64,000 bases of DNA from Strigamia acuminata. Lineage: Eukaryota. Under the pieces are notes generated by a model that saw nothing but the letters and a program-made list of their open reading frames with translations, did not search any database and was not told the origin of the DNA. A program made the position numbers and the translations under genes. Within the stretch, counting starts at the first letter, position 1, and each line of letters begins with the position of its first letter. Positions 25,304-40,675 of this stretch are shown piece after piece. The DNA lies in NCBI GenBank assembly GCA_949358305.1, contig OX442314.1, forward strand, positions 12,958,001-13,022,000. Reading direction: 5' to 3'.

Positions 25304-28300
25304 TTAGTTGGTTGCATTTCCAATGACTTTTCCCGCAATTTCGATCAAATTTTGTGCCCAAACTCCAACTTGATGAACACAATCACTGCTGGACTGTTGA
25401 TAATTATCGTTTGGAGTTTTCCCACATCGTGGATTAATGGTTCGCACTTCATCTACTCCGTTCTGTATCATCAACTAGAATTAAACACAATATAGATTAA
25501 CTCTGAAAAAAAAAGACAAATATAATTTACTACTTTTATTATCTTGCAAATATCTCCATGTTCTCCTCCGAAAGCTGTGGTTACATCCAAAGCTAATTCC
25601 ATCAAATTTGCATTTTGATTTTCGTACGTAGATCTAGTTAACAACATGGCGATCATGCATTTCCTCGCAACCTAACAAGTTAAACGTTTGAAAACGGGCA
25701 TTAGTTTATATAGCGTAAAGATAGTAAATTCCATTCATTTAAATGAATTGAATGAAAAATTACCTGGTAGTGAATGTAACATATCCATTCGTGACGTGGG
25801 TTTGCGGAAGCAGTTTCACGTAATCCGAAATCTAAGTCGAATTTTGCTTGTTCGTACCACAGTCGTGCCTCTGGATTGGCGCTATGTGCAAAAGCCGGTG
25901 GAACACCAGAATCGCGAGTTGAAGAAGAAAAATATTCCCAATCCGAACCAGCTCTCTTGTAGTAGTCTTGCCTTTTTGTTTTCTCTCTCTTCGCTTGTTT
26001 TTCCCACTGACTAAAATTTCCACTTTTTTTTCTGCCGCAACAAATTACGTTCATTCAAATTCAGTAAATCAATTATTTCAGCAATTTCACTTACCTCTTC
26101 TTTCCTTTTTCCAAACACGATGCTCCTTTCCCCAAACGATCCAGTTCGTTCATCAGATGTTTAAACACCTCCGCACAATAGTCGCTCCTCTCTGGTGGAT
26201 TCTTATCGGGATGCCAATATAAATACATTCTGTGTGTAGCTTTGGTTTTCTCTTTTTCTGCTAATATCCAAAAACAGTCCAATTGTTCCGAAACCTCTTC
26301 CAACACTTCTTCGAGACTCCGTGAAAATTTCTCGTTGCATTCACTAATTTGCAGTTGCATGGTGTTTTTCACTTCGCGTTCCATTTCGTCGGCACTGATG
26401 AATTTGTACAAGTCCAAGGTCGATTTGACTACCGGTTCTGCTTCTCCAATATCAACGAGGAACCATTTTAAAAACTGGTTACTCTGACTTTTTTCTACTT
26501 CCTTCACAATTAAACCGAAGATGTAAATTTGTTTCCCATCGCCACTCGCGTTTACTGAACACGCGACGTAATCGAACGGATCGTAATGATTACAGCAATT
26601 CTGATCCAAAAGCGTGATCAAATCTTCCGTTAAAGAAGAACCCAATTGCGGGGGATAATTTTCCTTAACATCATATTCCTTAATCCGTCTCCTTAATATG
26701 TTCTTCAATGAATCAGTTTGGCGTCGCAGATTTAACTTTTCGAGTATTGTACATACAAAAGATTCGTGCAATTCAGTGCGCATTGGACACATCAAATTGA
26801 GAATGGAAAGTAAATTGTCCGCAAAACTCTCCCCAATTTCTGATACTTCGTGCGTCACTAGGAATTCGATTTTATTGTCCTCAGTTTTCCTCCAAAACAT
26901 CGGTACGATCCGTTCATCCAATGCTTCATTCGTTTCTCTCGTGTATCGAGTTATTTTCAATTCTTTGTAGCACTTTACAGTTACTTCCTTAAACGATGCG
27001 GCAAATTCGTCCTGTTTAGCAGGAAAGCCTTCCAGATGCATTTCGTATGAATTTATCAATTTAACCATTACTCTGACGAATAGAGAATTTTTGAAAAGTC
27101 GAAGAATGTCGTCAGCGTGCTCGCAAAACTCCTGGGAACAAACCTCGTTACCTTCATTCAAAACAAGTGTCACGAATTGCCGAAACGATGTTGGGCGAAT
27201 TATCTGCGGCATTCGCATTAGAGCATCGGCGCATTTCACCAATGGAATGTCGATATTTTGAATCATTAATGTATTCCACTTTTTTTTGCCAGAGATTTCC
27301 CCGGATCCACTTAAATCCTTCGCGTCCTCGGTGAATACCAAAATGTCGATGCTTTTCTGCATGCAACAATTCTCATCGGGCAAATATAGAATGTCATCGT
27401 TCACTTTTTCGGGTCCCATACGAATAAGATGGCTCAAAAAACCAACGTAGATGTTCTTCAAACTGTTCTTTATATTCGGATCTTTAATCGGTGCGTCTCC
27501 GAACATGGCGTGGAGCATTTTTAATCCAGAGATGTAGTGATGGCAAGCCACCTTTCGCTCCGTTCCAAACTTTTGTAGCACTCGGATGAACCTGAAAGAC
27601 AATTCAAACGCATGAAACAAAAATTACACAACTAAAATGACGTAACGACTTACGGGAACATTTCTTCTGGCAAAATGTAAAGAAATGGTGGACATTCTAC
27701 GAAATTATCAGTCACCGCTTGACTTGGACAAACTAATTTTCTTCCTAATTCTACCAGGATGCAGGGAACGTTCCTCATCTTTCCTGCTAAATTTTCATCA
27801 AGTTCGTCAATGTTTTGATCCATAAACTTAAAAATTGCATCCATGACGCCGCGCAGCGAATCGACTGCTTCTTTGCTATTGATGTTTTCAGTCCTGAATT
27901 CGTTGTACTTGCGTGGCTGTAAATGTTGACAAATTTCCTCCACATGAGCCACCACATGATGAATTGCAAGGGTTTTGCAGTATCCCAAATGCTTCGCAGC
28001 TTCACCCGTGAAATTTGTACTCCAATCGGGCAATAATTTGCAAACGGACCAACAAATACGCTCCAGCTTTGCAACCATGCTATCCCGGAAACAAATTAAT
28101 CCTACACAATCAACACTCTGTTCGTACAGTTGGTTCAAGTCTTCATCCACATGGTGCGCGTAAACAAATTTGACCGTGGAAAGGTTATTTAAAAGATGTT
28201 CGTCATTGTGTAATTCACTGTTCTTTGCCAAGTACTCAACCAATAATTTGCTGCCGTTCTCGAGAGCCAGGTCGTCCATTGTCTTCTTGCTCGCTTCAAG

Positions 28301-31300
28301 TTTTTTAGCCAGCTCGAGGAATACATCACCACCGAGTTTCGTTTTCAAACCCAATTGCTTAAAGAATAACTCCCATTCGTTTAAAATTCGAGAACCACTT
28401 CCACATTCTTCCGCTACAGCTGTCCAGAAAAATTGGGGAATGAAATCATCTTCCGACATCATACTTCCGAACATTCGACGTATCCCTTCGCCGTAAAATT
28501 GTTCGACTGCTTTCACTTGCCCAAACGCAGCCCCGATTAATGATTTCGATCCTAATTGCTTGCACAACGATTCATCACGAATCGCGTTGCCTTTAATCCA
28601 TTTCATGTGTTTGATCAGCGATTTCAAGCTAACGTTATTCAAGTACGGAATGATATGCTTCTTATAGACGTCTACTGAACTTAGAACTTTAACACCTACA
28701 TTTTTACAAAAGGAGCTATTGTTGCCCAGCCGAGAAGTGAGTAACACAATGCTCTGACGTGACATTAGAGTGTCCAATTCAGCTCCCTCAATTTCACCGG
28801 CACATGAGATGTAAGTTTTACTGGGGTTATTAAGGCTAATGTAACTGCCTTCCGCCGTTTGAAACAATGGCAATGACTTAATTTCGCCAATATCGTTCCA
28901 CTTAGGATTTTTATAAGGCTCACCAATGTGAGAATAATGTGTAATAATGTATTCCAAGAGTATCAGCTTTTCCGAGTTGTTTAAGCGGTCAAAGTTTTTG
29001 TTTTCGTTCATGTGATGCAGCAGTGTTACGACTTTTGACGAGTCATCAGTTGTGACGCACAAATGGCTGAAAAAGCTTTTTGACCGGTCATCAGTTGTGA
29101 CACACAAACGGTTGTAAGCGCTTGAAGGCTTCGACAGGATTTTGTCAACATTAGTAAACATGCAGCCCAAATTTTTCAATGCGTCTAATAGTCGAGATTC
29201 TGACGAATTGTAGCGAAAAACAGCCAATGGTGCATTTTTCAGACGTACGAGATAGTTTTTCGTCTTGTTTTGTGGGTCTGTGATGTGTACCGGAAGTAAG
29301 GTCCAATTTTGCAATGGTGCGATGTGTTGAATTAAAAATCGCTTAATGGCAGATGAATCCCTAATTCCGGAATAATCGACAGTAGTAAGAAATTTCAAAA
29401 TATTCCAAATTAAATTGACAATTTGATCTGTTTCTAGTTTTTCTACGTTGTCCAAATGCGGCAATTCTACGCCTATGTGTCTTGCAATTGAAGTTACTGT
29501 GAATTCTTGACAAAACTGCCGAGGTAATGTGTCAACATTCAATTTGCGACTGCAGAAAAGTTCACCTTGACTAGGCAAATATTGGAATTTAGATGATTGA
29601 TAAAGTTCGTAACTCGATGAAAATCGTCGCACATGATCGTCCGCTGTCAGCAGCAATGGAATTCCGGTTAAATCGACGTTTCCTCCGTTCAAAATGTACA
29701 ACAAACAATGATGCATTTCGTCTTCGTATAAAACTATATTAGCGATTTCAGTTGGCAAATTATGAGCATTGGTTCGAACGGCTAAAGATGGCATTAATTT
29801 CTGCTCGGCTCCAAATGATCTCTTAATTGGCATACGTTTTTCAATGCTCGCTGGCAGAATCAACTTATCATCGTCTACCGTCTTCATATGCCCCGCTACC
29901 AATCCCGGTGAAATACTCTTCAATTCGAATTTCAAGGACACAGAAAGCTGTTTCATTATTTCATTGAAACCACGATGAAATTTGGGGAAATCAACTTTTT
30001 CCAAAACGTTCTTAATGCAATTTATTTTCAGAATTGCCTCTCCAAAATCATCATCAAGAAAATCCAAAATCCCTTCGCCCGTAGACAACCACAAGAGTTG
30101 ATGCTTTGAATCCTTACTAAGTGTAACACCAAACAACAACCTCAAATTATTCACATGGATTAACCGATAAACTTCTCCCATAAGTAGCGACTCTATTTGG
30201 TTGAAATTTCGTGAAGAAACTGGAAAATACATCTGATACTTCCATGCTAGATCTTCCTGAACGTCTTCAGATGATGTATTGGTCCATTCAATGCAGACAT
30301 TTTCCTTCAAACTTTCAAGAGCCTGAACATACAAAGGAGCCATAACATGGACGATTAAATAGTTATTCCAAACGGTTTTATACGACCCGTCGTTGTGCAT
30401 ATAACAGTGTTTTCTGCCAGAATCCAAAATAAATTTAGCATTTATGTGCACCTGAAGTGCGAGATTTCCTGGTAAAGGCAAAGTGGTGTACATTTTTGAT
30501 TCTTCGATGCAATATGAATCTAATGGAGTTGCTATTCCAACCATGGGTGATGCTACTAACACTTTCCTAGCGATCACATCCGTTAAAACGGCCGGAACGT
30601 TATTTTTCATACAACTCACGCGTTGTAGAATTAGCCACTCGTTCGTGTTTCCTTTGAACGGATCAAACAGATTCACCTTGTACTGTACCACTGCATCGGC
30701 ATTCAACTCCACATTACTGTAAACACCTCGAAAGAAATCAATCTTCTTCTGCCGATCTTCGTCCGACATTTCGTAGTAATAAACCGAGTCGCTCACAACG
30801 ATGCCTCGCGTATCCACAATAGTGATTTGAATTTTCTCGATGTTTCTCAAGAATAAAAGGTAATCTTTGGCATTTACCATAAATTGAGTCAACATTTTCT
30901 TCATTTCTTCAACACTGGTTCCCTCACCAATTTCCGAAGCCAAGAATTGCATAGTCCTTCGCAACGGCAAACGGAAAACCGTCGACTGAGCAAAATCCAA
31001 GTCCTCGACCGGTCGAAATCCCGCTAAGACGCCGGAGTAGATTTTTTTGAAGTTTTCCGTGATGTTGAACAATCCACCGGGTGCAGTGACCCTCGCAGTG
31101 GGCACGTATTGCCGGTGAGGATCCAAAACGCAAAATTTCTCACCATTGCTCACAAACATGGGCACATCGGTCAAATGGTAAACGGTGTTGAAGCCAATAC
31201 CGAATTTTCCAGTAAGTTCCGGGTCTTCACGCTTACTGCCCAATCCCAGTTTCTTAATTCCGTCAAAATCTTTTTTCAAGAAAGGTTTGTTGTTGTACAC

Positions 31301-34300
31301 AACCAAAGCTGGTCCTTGCAATTGTTTCCAATTGTCACTCAATAGGGTTGTTGAATCGGTCGGCAATTGTCGTTCGTCCAGAATGAAACGGATCTCACTC
31401 GCTCCAGCATCGTCCGCATTTTGAATCATTTCACTGATGACGTCGGATTTGTTGCTGTATTGGTTCAGTATGTTCTTTATTCTTGTAGTCAAGTCCTCGT
31501 GTTGTCCAAAAGCTTCGCCGTCTTCAAAAAATGGAGTTGAAAATTTGTCCAGTACCGTACAGCGCTGTAGTTGTACTCCGAGTGAAATAGCGACATCTCT
31601 AGGAATGTTTCGGTTACAGAAATTAGCGTCAATCATGAGTTCGTCTGGGATTTCTGTCATGTCCAATTCCCAAAACGTCAAACTCGAAGCCAACAGTAGG
31701 ACACCGTTCGTGTCTGGAACTAGCAACTGTTCTTTGTACTCCAGTACTTCTCCCTGGTTCGATGTTGCTAAAAATTTCGATATTTCGGTGCAAAAACGAA
31801 GTACAATTCGCATCGCAGGTTTCGACATAGGGGCATCACCATAATGGATCTGAATTCTCTTCAAAGCGTCGATGTAGTCCTGGATCGAGAACGATTCCTT
31901 AATACCACAGCGCCGTAATAATCGCGAGCATTCTTCGTAAGCCGTATCTTTGATTGAAAACAAGTATGGCGCACAGCTCGCTTCAAGTGCTTCGCAGCAA
32001 ACCACGTCGTACGAAACTGCTCCGACCGGTTTCACGATTACAGTCTTCATTGCTGCTACGCGATTTAGCAAGCTTTGAGAATCAGAAGAATCACAACAGC
32101 TTTTTTCTAATAAGTTGAGACAATCCGTTGCCATCTGTTGAGTCTTACAATGAAAAAAATGTTTAAAAATTAATTTTTTTCAATTTTTCAAAATAATACC
32201 AAAATTACTTACCAGCTCAAGTTGGCTTTTTGAAAATTTGCTCACTTCCACTTTTGCTAAGATGTCCAACTGAGTTATGACGGATTCAACTTTGGGAGAA
32301 TCAAATGACAAATGATAAGCCAAACGTCGAGTTTTATCGAGAGACAATCCATCATCATCCCAAATGGGACATGTAAAACATATCAAATTCCGTCTAATTT
32401 TGAGCGATAGTTCGTTCGGTGTAAAGGTGACTTTCCCAACTTCAGGTTCGTACCATGGTAAAGACCAATTTGCTGGCGGTTGCAGGGAAAACATGAAGGG
32501 AATGTTTAGAAAGTTGTCGTACCACGAATCGTCGTTGATTACACACAGATACTTTAATATTAGTCCACTTCGACATCGCGCTTCTTCAATTCGACCACTT
32601 TCAACCAGTTTTTGAACGGTTTTTGCCCTGTCCAGTAACATTTCACCAGTGGGGGATGTAAGCAGGCCGAGTGATAATAATTTGTTTCGTATTTCCGACC
32701 CTCGGAAATCACCGTACGGAAATTTCCCATCATTTTCGTCGTACAACTTGCGCATTTCACTTTCGGTGTCAACCAACTCTCCAGGCATGAGTCTTTTACC
32801 TCCATCCGGGCTCGAGGGAATGCAACGAGTTCCTTGCAACAGTTTCGTCAAAAGCTGTTTCTTAGCATTGTTTCCTCCTAATATCTCCAGAAGAATGAAG
32901 TTCGCAAGATCGGAATCGTAATTCAATAAATTTGGGAAAAAAATTTCTGCGAAGAAAGTTTCGTCGGTGTGAGACCGTGTGTTTACATAAACGGGCAAAA
33001 GATTCTGAAGTGTTGTTTGGACTTCTGGCGACACCAAAACGAAACCATAGGGTTGTTGAAGCGATATTTGCAGAGCTTTTCGAGCTTCCTCCACGAACCT
33101 CTCCGACCAATGAGGCGATAACAGCAAAAAACATACGTGGGAAGGCGCCACCCAACGACCATCTTCAGTTTTCCACAAATGTTTGTCCGTTGTTGCCAAT
33201 TGATTGTATACACCAGTCATAAATCCGGAAAAATCACTTTGAACTTGACCGTGACGAGGCCACAGAGAATGAAATTTATAATCCACGAGTTGACCAGATT
33301 CATCCAAATGCTTGGCAACTTCTAGCAACTTGACGAAACATTCCACGAGGGCGTTCGTTTTCAGCGCCTCATTCCACTTGGTTTTGATATTGGTCTCGTC
33401 CTTAGTGTTCTCAGTCCACAGATGTCGTCTGCTGGAACCTAACGCAAAGGCAGCATGCACGTGGAATGGCAACCCGCTTTGAACAGGCAACGGCAAATAA
33501 CAATACACATTTCCCGATATAGGCTCGATCTATTTTCATAGAAAAAAGAAAACAATTATTAAATAAACAAAAGTAAAAAAAAAAAAATTAAGAAAATTTT
33601 ACTTGGATTTTATTGTTCACTTCTCTCACGCACGCGGCAATCGCAACTGCTGGCATTAATCCGGCATTTGTTCCGTCAGACGTCGCTGCTAATTGGTAAG
33701 CCGCTCCATCACTCGCACTCCACTGAACGATCCAAGATATTCCCGAGTCTTTGATAACCGGCAAAAAACTTTCCGAACAGTTATCTGAGCAGTCCATTTT
33801 CACTAAACTGGAATGATGAAGCGCCACAAACCGGTTTTCTTTGATCGATCGTTTGACAACATTCGTTAATATTTCTCGTTCCGCGATATCCGACAGAATT
33901 TTTGTTTCCACCTTCCGAATCGTTAATACTGTCTGCGCATTTAAAGGACTGGTATTGCCACTTGGCAAGAATTGAACATTTAATTTCTGGATATGTTGTA
34001 AAAACAACATGACCGAATTTCTGGTCTCAGCAAATTGTTTCAATAAATTCTTCATGTTGTACGAGCGGTTGCACAGCTGAGAGTTGGCAACCATCTCAGC
34101 ATTCCGCAATGGCAATCGAAAAAGCGTACAAGGAAAGGACGCACCTTCGCGACTGTACGATAGATCGCATCCAAAAACGTCTTTGTAAGGAGAGAACTGA
34201 TCCGAAAAGGCTTTCAGTTTGTTTGGTTTGGTCTTCAAGTTAAACATTATTCCTCCCGCACCGTGTGGAACACACAGTTTTTGCGGATCAAAATAAACTA

Positions 34301-37300
34301 AATAATTCCCGCTTAGAAAACTGGGAATGTCCGTCAAATTGTACACCGAATTAAATCCAACTCCAAACGATCCTATTTTTTCAGATTGAGAACGCTTGGT
34401 TGCACCTCCGAGACGTTGAATGTTTGTAAAATCATCTTCGGTAAACATGGCGTCATTGAACACCCAAAGAGCCGGTCCTTGGAATTTATCCATGCCAGAT
34501 TGCTTCCATAAGACGGAATGTCTCCATTGCCCGTTGTCGCGCATGTCCAACAGAAATCCAATCTCCTTGGCCCCAGCATCATCGGCATTTTGAATTAACT
34601 CTTGAAAAATTGTGTCACCAGCTGGATATTCCTCAATTATATTTTTCAATCGCTGAACTATTGTTTCTTGCTGCTCAAACACTTCGGCATCCAGTACGGC
34701 GCTCGACATCGGAGTTACTCCCAACTTCCTGCAGAGGTCATGGCTTAAATCGTTGTGCACTAGAATAATGTCGTCATCTTCGTCTTCATCTTCAAATCCA
34801 TCCATGAAGTCATTGTACGAGCCAGAGTCGTTGAATTTGCACCGACTTGCCGGTAGAAATGTTAACGCGAGTGCATTTCGCTTGATCGGAACTTCGATGT
34901 CTTCATCCTCGTCTAAATTGTCGGAAAGTATTTCCAGAATGGATCGAACGTACTTGAAATCTCTCTTGTTTTCGCTTTCCGTTACTAGACCATTTTTGTG
35001 TTCATTTATGATCTCCCGTAACACTCTTCTTCCCAAATTCGGACCGTCATCTTCCAATCCTCCAACTGCACGAAACATCACTTCCAATGACTGTTCCTGC
35101 AGAAATCCTGGTAGACTGTACAAATATGGCGCTAAACCAGATTCAAAATATGTCCATTTGGTTACAATTTTTGTGGGTTGAAGAAACTTATCGCCGGCCC
35201 AAACCCATTCCTGCAAGTCTTGAGCAGTCAGAATCGCCTGAACTTCAGAAACATCGTTGTTCGATAAGGCCTTGTACATTTTGTACATCATGGACTGAAA
35301 AGTCGGGTTATTTATTTGCATATTGCAAGAATGTTGCGCCAAAGTTTTAAGCTGCGATACGACCATCCTAGTTTCAATCTCATTGAAACCAACAAATCCA
35401 AAAGCGTTCACCAAATCTTGCGGGAAAGCTGTTCCCAATACTGGCATCACAGACCCCACGACAAAAGCGCATTCTTCTTGCGTCATATTAACTGCTGGGT
35501 AACATACGCTCTCTTTGCCGGTGCCAAACCATGGTAAACCGCTCGGAAAATCTTTGGGAGGAGCCGTTTTAGCACAAAATAATTTCAACTCCTTCATCGC
35601 ATTCATTTGTGGTATTGTCAACTTATTGAAATGAGTCTGCAGAATTTGGATAAAGTAATTCCTCTTCGTCGACGGGCCGGATCCCAATCTGTCGATTGCG
35701 TGTGCCGTCTGCACAATCTCGTCAGCTGTAATGTCATTAGCGGACGTCCTTAACCCCAAACCGCGTAAAAATTCCAATGCTTTTGGAGCTGCGTACTCGG
35801 CAGATGGAAATTTTCCAATTTCATCGGAAAAGAATGTTTTCAATTCGACGACAGTTGGGTCGAAAAGCCAAACTGGTGCTCGATAAAGTCCATCGTCACT
35901 GCGTACAAACTGGAAGTCTTTCAAACTGTTTTTCACATTCCAAGCCTGAACATAATCAATACACCAAAGCATAAGAAGTGAAAATGATTCGAGGTCGTAA
36001 TTATTCCTCTGTTCAATTATTCCATTAGCCAACTCGCTTTGCGTTGCTTGTGCAACTCCCAACCACTGAGCCAAAGTGAAACACTCAGAATTTCTGCAAT
36101 CCAGCAACGGTACATCCGACTGGATCTGCAATGGCAATCCTTCAAAATTAACTGTCTTCATGTTCTGCCAGTATGTGCAACAATAATCGACGGAAACTGC
36201 TGAGGTACTAGCATTAATATTCCTTGGCCAGACCAGAACTTCGAATAATGTTAGTTTTCGTAGAATATTTCTTCCTTCTGGTGGAATTTCGTGGACGAAT
36301 TTTGCAAGAAATGCCACTAGTTCTTTTCTTGCGGCGAAATTTGCGTTTAGGGAAACTTGTAGCTTTTGGCCGTCGCAGTTTTGCAGCAATTTGATCAAAT
36401 TTGTTATATTTCCAACGTTAATATATTTCTCCAACGCTTTGTGTTGTTGCAGGACCGTGGACGGAACCGACATGGCATCGGCAGACGTCAACAGTTGCTC
36501 CAAATTGGGAGAAAACGCACCTTGCACGAATAGAGCACTCGCATTCTGATTTGGTAGCGAGATAAGGTTCGAGTAACCATTCTGCGCACCGCATTCGAGT
36601 AGAGTTATTCCCACAAAGAGTGAAAGGTCGTTCGGATAGTCCGCTCGAATAAGTTCCCACAACTTCAGCAGCCACGTCTTGTTGGGGAAATTATTGGTAT
36701 TCAAATTGCAATTGAAATTTTTCTGACCTTTCCACAAATCGGGTAGAACGCCTCTGAGAATAGTTGGAAAATTCGTTTCGTTGATTTTCTCTACCCCATA
36801 TTGCATACCTGTTGCGAATAAATGGTCAATTATTCCCGATTGACAAATAATTTTAAAACTTACCGGCAACATCTGTTAAAAATGTCACAACTTCTCTAGA
36901 TAGTACTTCAACATTGATGGTGCAATGTTGCATCGAAGGAAGCAATTCTTGATGTTTTTTGGAAACCAAGTACATCACACTGTTCGATTGCGGATAATAC
37001 AATGCACCAAATCCACCATTCAGTAAAGGGATTAATGGCAAATTCAGTACTTGATTTATTATCGGATGTAAATCGTATGGGATCACACTCCTTGTGACAA
37101 AATACTGAAGTAGCAGCACGTGACTTTGAAGATCTTCGAATAAGAAATAAAAATTTTAATAAAAAAAAAACCACTTTTAAAAAAAAACATTAAATTACCT
37201 CCAATGTTCCAATTTCGACATTTTACTGTCAATTCATTACGAACGACGGCGGGCGTGATATAATTCACAACTCCTTTAATTGCTCGTGAATAGTTTTCAA

Positions 37301-39845
37301 TTCCTGCGATGACATTTTCGGGAGCGTGGACATAGCAAGTTTGCACTGCATTCAACCATTGCCGAACTGCAGCTGAAATGTCAGGCTGGCATGTGCTGTC
37401 TAAATTGTCTACATACACGTCGTTATTCAAGTTTGTCCAGTTTCCGCTGCTGGAAACCTAATTTTAAAAAGTTCGGCATCATACCTACAATAAGTACAAC
37501 ACTTTTACACCAGCTTCCAATTTTACCTTCAGCACAGCTTCTTGGAAAAGTATTGCGTAAAATTTATCCAACAACAACCTCCATCGTTCGTGAACCTTGT
37601 TTATTTCTGGCCATAATGAGTAAGAAGCGACGTCAAATTTATCTCTGCAGTAGCAAACTAACTGAACGTACGCGTACGGAATGACTTCTACAAATGAGAA
37701 AAAATGATCGTCAAAAGTTTAAATTCGAAACAAGAAAATAACAATTGTACCATCACGTAATGCTTCATTCCATTGAGCATTCACATCTCGAGCTTGATCT
37801 ACACCCGGCCATTTTAAACTTCGCCTGTTGTCTTCTATTCCAAAAAAAGCATTGATGTGTATAGGCAAACCAGTGACGAGGTCCGAGTTTCTAGGCAACG
37901 GTAGGAAACAGAAGAGACTTCCTAAAAATGTGCAATAAACAGTTGAAACATTCGTTAGTTTACACTTTTCGATCGTTTAACCTTCAACTGCCTGCCCCAC
38001 TTGGGCCGCTACCGACACCCATGGGAGTCTTCTAACATCGCCCTCCAGAGACCAAGCTTTGGGAGCTTCCGATTGATTAGGAAGGAAATGAGACACGATC
38101 CACTTCTTCTCCGTCAAGTTTCCATCGATTACTTCTTCGATGCCGAAATGCATGTCCATTTTGAGACTCTGAGATACCGATTCATTTCTTTTCCGCATAT
38201 TTGCAACGTTTCTTATTTTCTGCGGAGATAACAATTTGTAACACGAAACAGTAATGACGAATTTTACTCACTTCAGAAAAGAGATTTTTTTCTCGTTTCA
38301 CTCTTTTATTGTCGTCACTCGCAATTTTCACAGCGTATTGAAGCTGAGCCGGATTACCCACGTTCTTATACAACAACTCTATCTTTTCCACTTTGAGTAG
38401 AAACAATAATAGACCTGCGCCATCTCCAACAAACTCGTTAAACGACATTTGAATCTAGAATTTTGTTCAAAGTCAATTAGATGAACTGAATTTATTTCAT
38501 TTAAAAATTACCATTTGATCAGTGTAAACAGTAGAGGACAACATGTCTGAAGGCTTCGCTCTGAATGGTAGTCGAAATAAGGTTCCTTCAAATTGCCATT
38601 GCGTCGTAAACGATGACTTTTGTCCATGAATTGCGCAAGCCGCATCGTCTATAGGCAAAAACTGTTGCCAATGGCTGCATATCTCCTGTTGATGCCGGGC
38701 ATCGTTTAAATTCCAGTGAAAGCCGCTTCTTCTTTTCACTCGGTTTCGTAGATTTCCATTCAATAATTTTTCGGTGGGTTCGATCACTACCAACTTCCGC
38801 CCACTTAGTAGCCATGGGATATCTGAATATGAAGAGAAAAAACAATCTATCAACATAAAATTTATTTTTGTTGAGCTCAACCTGTTAGGTGGTAAACAGA
38901 ATTAAATCCAATCCCAAATTTCCCAACTTTCAACACACTGTCGGATTTGTGCGAGCGCTGTGGATTTTGAATCCCTGCATTTAAAATATGAACATAATTT
39001 TTAACTAAAAATCTATTTTTTACACTTAAGAATGAGTATTACCTTTCCAGTCACATTCTTGAAATTCCGCATCGTTGAATACACAAAGTGCAGGACCTTG
39101 ACAGTCTTGTAGAGTTGGTAATAGAAGATTGTTTCTGTCGAAAGTGCTTTTATCGTGCAGAAACTTGACGACACTAGCGCCTGCATCTTCCGCATTTTGC
39201 AACAATTCCTAGAATTGAATCAGATGCTCGGATCAGTTCAGTATCATATAAATCAATTATTTCTGCTTATATACTTTCAAGATTTGGCCACCGTCTGGGT
39301 AGCGATTTAATATTCCCTGAATAAAAACAGACAGCGGTGGCACTGTTGGGCCGAAATCCTCTGTGAAATATACAATTTTTGTTAAAAATGCAACACAAGC
39401 TAACTATATATTCATATTTTGCTGAAATTATTTAATTAGCCCTTTTCTTGCCTCTCTCCTGTCCCACATTCAAAAAAATTATTGAATGTAGAATTATATG
39501 ATTTGTAATTTATAGTCCATAATTAAATTACAAAAACAAAAATTAGTAATTATGTACACTAAACAGCTTTTAAACAACGAATTTTTTTTAATTGATTAAA
39601 CCGAAACCGAAACCTCAAACAACAAAACAAAAACCTCAAATAGTCCCTCCTTACAAAACCGTACTTTTCCGTTTTGATTTGATTTTTAATCGATTCTTTA
39701 ATCGATTTCTTAATCAATTTTTAATTTGCTCTTTTCGACACCATTTAATATGGAAAAAAAAACTAGATCAATGGTAATAATTTATAATTTTTTTTTTCTT
39801 TTAGTTTTTTTCTTTATTTTAGGTATTACCGTCGTCTGAAGACAT
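25304..39845 (-). CDS. SACS: Sacsin-like protein, paralog B (multi-exon; 3 GHKL-ATPase sacsin repeats, J-domain, HEPN-like C-terminus; roughly 4300 aa)
   Basis: Exon 1 (39845..39830, MSSDD) joins [29 protein letters not shown]. Three ExxQNAxDAGA / GxFGxGFNxVY repeats at ~39200, ~34590 and ~31420. J-domain [15 protein letters not shown]-like exons WYEQAKFDL...[10 protein letters not shown]; stop at 25304. Confidence 0.92.
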
Positions 39846-40559
39846 TTTAACCCAAAAATTCTCCTTGGAAATCCAGTACTAAACAATACTGTCTTTCATC
39901 TAACAATGAACCGAGGCAAACGAAGAAAAATGGTCTCGTTTTGAAACGTCTCTCCACTGAATTGCACTGAATGGAAGCCAATCGACTTCTCGTAATTGCG
40001 CTCTCTGGTGACAATTGGATAACTAGAAATAAACAACAAAAATATATTTTTTTTAAATAAGATCACTATAATAACTTGAAATTTTTTAATTTTTAAAATT
40101 TTTACATAAAATTTTTCTTTAAAAGAAAATGGTAAATAAAAAAGGAAATAAAAAAAGAAATAAAAAAAATTGAATCGTCCGGTTGGGCTTATCAGTATAG
40201 CTCACAAGTCAAACCGCTGGTTTGTAACGTGATGGTCGTGTAGATTGACCGAAACCCTCGACTCTGTATTGAATCGTAGTTATTTAATTGAATTTCTTGA
40301 AAAATCATTATTAAGAAAACTCATAAACCAAAACCGAAACTAATAGCTAGACGAGCCAAATTTCACGACTCAAGCTATGCAAATATCTACGAAACAAATT
40401 GTGCAGATTTGAACGACAAAAACGACACTTTCAGCTACTATCTCAATAAAATATTGTTACAATACCTCCAAATTAAATGTCACACTTCGGATCAATCTCG
40501 ACTTGAATCTTCACGACAAAAGTGTGAGTTCCCATGATGCTTTGCAGGCTTTGCAGGTT
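36059..40559 (-). repeat. Left arm of an inverted segmental duplication (5' part and promoter of sacsin B); partner at 57945..64000
   Basis: High identity by eye in both exons and introns to the reverse complement of 57945..64000; ORF 39013..39195 translates identically to ORF 60861..61043. Confidence 0.93.
39598..39613 (-). promoter_or_regulatory. ISRE/IRF-type element in intron 1 of sacsin B (a second one upstream at 40330..40341)
   Basis: Plus strand AAACCGAAACCGAAAC; AAAACCGAAACT at 40330..40341. Confidence 0.55.
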
Positions 40560-40675
40560 TGGGTTGTAACTAAAACCGGAAAGATTATACTCCGTGCCGG
40601 AAGTCGAGAAAAGACGAGTGCGTATTATATTAACATATTAAATGTCAATGTCACTTATTGCTAGCCAAACACAAT

